NCBI GenBank assembly: GCA_028534125.1
Contig: JAPYYK010000045.1
Span: 186,001-250,000, forward strand
DNA: 64,000 bases
DNA from: Lama glama
Taxonomy: Eukaryota
Reading direction: 5' to 3'
Part shown: positions 61,555-64,000 of the stretch, one piece after another
Position numbering within the stretch: the first letter of the stretch is position 1
Layout: each line of letters opens with the position of its first letter
The notes under the pieces: model-generated
Told to the model about the DNA's origin: nothing
The model's input: only the letters and a program-made list of their open reading frames with translations
Database searches by the model: none
Made by a program: the position numbers and the translations under genes

Positions 61555-64000
61555 CTGGAGAAAGGAGACAGACGGACAAACAGACAGACAAAAAATCAGC
61601 GTTAGCAAGGGACTGGACTCATCATTCCACTTATAAATGAACTTCTCAAATCCAGTTGCAACCTCACGGCTGGAAACGTTTAAGGAAAGCAGCTGAAGGC
61701 CCTGAGCGGCGCACTCCCGCGTCCTGGGCCCACGAGACCCGAGCCTCTGGGGGTGTCTTTTCAGACTGGACTCAGCAACATAAGGTGATCAAAAACGGCT
61801 CCCCGTCCCGAAATCAAACTGCCCTCGTGCCCTGGGAGAGACTGGGTGCCTGTGTGACCTTCCTGGTCTTGACGTCCACTCCACGATGGCCCCTCAGCTG
61901 CAGCCCTGCCCCGCCCAGAGCGCAGTGAGGGGAAGAGGGTGGGGCGGGGTCCCATCCGAGTCCCCGGGAGGTCGGTCAAAAACAAGAAACAAGGAGGCAG
62001 CCTGAGGTCCCAGAAGGGGTTTCACAGGTCTGGACGGTGATGCATGACCTACAGTCACTGCAAACAACGGTGACTACGTCTGCTTTACATTCACTACCAA
62101 TCGTAAACAACCTTCACCCTCTTATCCACACTGTTTTTACAAATAAAAACTCAATTGATTTGAATGTATTTACTTCTTTCTCTTTTCATGTTTTAACTAC
62201 AAATCCCCAAGAACAGACAAGAAGGAAGAGGAGAAACCAAGGGTGGACGACCTCTGGGGGCCCCAGGGACAGTGTGTGTGGACATGTCACATGCATGACA
62301 GCCCCACGCCTCAGGTGGCTTAAGAGCCGGGGGACAGCACCACAGCCCAAGGGACGGACCCCACCCCCCCCACACACAGAAGCACACACACCACACACAC
62401 CTACACCCACTTTTAAAACCACGCTGTTGTGAGAGGCTTCCCTAAAATTCCCTCATCTGTGACTGGGCCACTATCTTCTTGCCGGTTACACCCTCAGTGC
62501 CGGCAGGGCCAGAAGGTGACAAGTGCTGGAGAGACATGGACCCGAATGGCTCCTGGTCCTGGGAGCTGTGTGATGTCTGATGGCGGGGGCCTGGGCTGCA
62601 GCTTCTGCTCTGACATCTTCTCGCCATGTGACCTTGGGCGCACAACCACACGCTCTATGGGGAACCTCAGGTGACAGTAGGGAGGGGGATGTCCTTCCTG
62701 CCCCCCACTTTCCAGCCGTGGAAGCATCACTGGCTGCTGGTGTGGGTGCGAGTGAGTTAGCTCAGGATCTTTGGGCGGGAACTGGGCTCACAGTCACCCA
62801 AACCAAAGGACGACCTCAGGGATCTTGGCTCTCGCCGCTTCTGGGCAGCACAGCCTTTCCCAACTGCTCACCCACGCGGGAGAACTGTCCTGGACAGGCT
62901 CTCCCAGGCCTGGAACACGGCCTGCATCCCACTAGGCCTCCAGCCTGTGGCATGGTTTCCTTCTCCCGCGAAGCGCAGGCCTGCGGGAAGCGGGGTGCAG
63001 ACCAGGCCCGAAGGCCGACAGAGCACCTGTGCCTGACCTGCAGGCTCTCCCAGAAGGTGCCTAAACTCCTCCCTGAGAGTCTCTTCGTTGGGGGACTCAG
63101 CCACGTCGCCAGCTCCACGTCCTGCTGTGTGGACCCTGAAAGCCGCCTCTACAGGGAAGAGATGCCCTCTGCCCACTTCTGCCAGATGCCAAGCTCGGCC
63201 ATGGCACACGCGCTCACTCCCGGGCTGACTCCACGAGTGGGGTCTGGACCAGCCCTGCTTGTCTGGAGCCACGGACGCCCCGTCTCAGGCAGGATCATGT
63301 TCTGCACGGCCTCTGCTGAAGGAGCCGATGCGACATGGGGACAGTACAGACTTAGAAGTGCAGAGCACAGGTAAGCACTGCCACCCAGCACTCAAGCAGC
63401 TCCCAGGCTCCCCCGGGACAGGAAAGGGCAGGCCACAGAGGGCTTCCTCGGGCGCCGGCCTGTGGGGAGAGGTGTGTACGCGGTGCTCGAACCTGCACCG
63501 GCACAGCAGGGGGCGCGGAGACACACCGAGGGGCCCAGGACACACTCCTGCTCCTCCTGGCAGAGTGACCGCAGGCCATCAGTCTGCTGTCTGGTGTCTT
63601 CAGTCGTCTTACTAGTCGTGTCATCGGTTTCTTTTGGGGTGAACGTTTGTTGAGAGGTGTGGTGATGAAGGATCCAGAGATAAGACAGTGCCCATCACCA
63701 GACCGAGGCAGCCCTCGGTCCTTGCTCACTACTTCCAGCCCCACCCCACCAAGCTTCCCCCTGACTCTTGGAGCTTCTGGAGCCCTTGGGCCTCACACTG
63801 CTGACTTCAAAGGCCAGCCTGAGCTACTTTCCGAGAAGGTCTCTGCCCGAGCAGGAGAGGGGAGCTGGACCTCACAGGAGGGGTGGGTGCTGCCGAGGTG
63901 ACACAGGCCCTGTGACGCACACGGTGTTGTTTCAGAGAAGGAAGATGCTGGGATTTCTAAAGGAGAGGAAGTTCTCATTCTAACAGGAGTCAGCTAAGAA

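Overview
GC-rich placental-mammal genomic DNA (not prokaryotic; the long ORFs in the track are mostly GC artefacts). The window holds the complete coding region of synaptotagmin-2 (SYT2, + strand): a CpG-island promoter with a candidate non-coding exon 1 at ~10.0-11.4 kb, eight coding exons at 31643-35764 giving a 416-aa protein, and a long 3' UTR to ~40.5 kb. Converging on it is the 3' end of PPP1R12B/MYPT2 (- strand): a 17-nt microexon, four further coding exons, an alternative stop-containing exon, the leucine-zipper terminal exon and a 3' UTR to ~41.7 kb. The rest is ancient repeats (MIR, L2, L1, MER2, MER58A, Tigger1-derived, MLT1, a probable solo LTR), short tandem repeats and a 293-N gap. 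The best signal is in SYT2. The ~20-residue juxtamembrane luminal segment that serves as the botulinum neurotoxin B/G/DC receptor epitope is heavily rewritten (about 11 substitutions plus a deletion against the rodent/human sequence as I recall it), while exons 4-9 (304 aa) differ by one residue. This is a candidate host receptor-escape signature. Comparisons to human/rodent proteins and repeat consensuses are from memory, not from a search.
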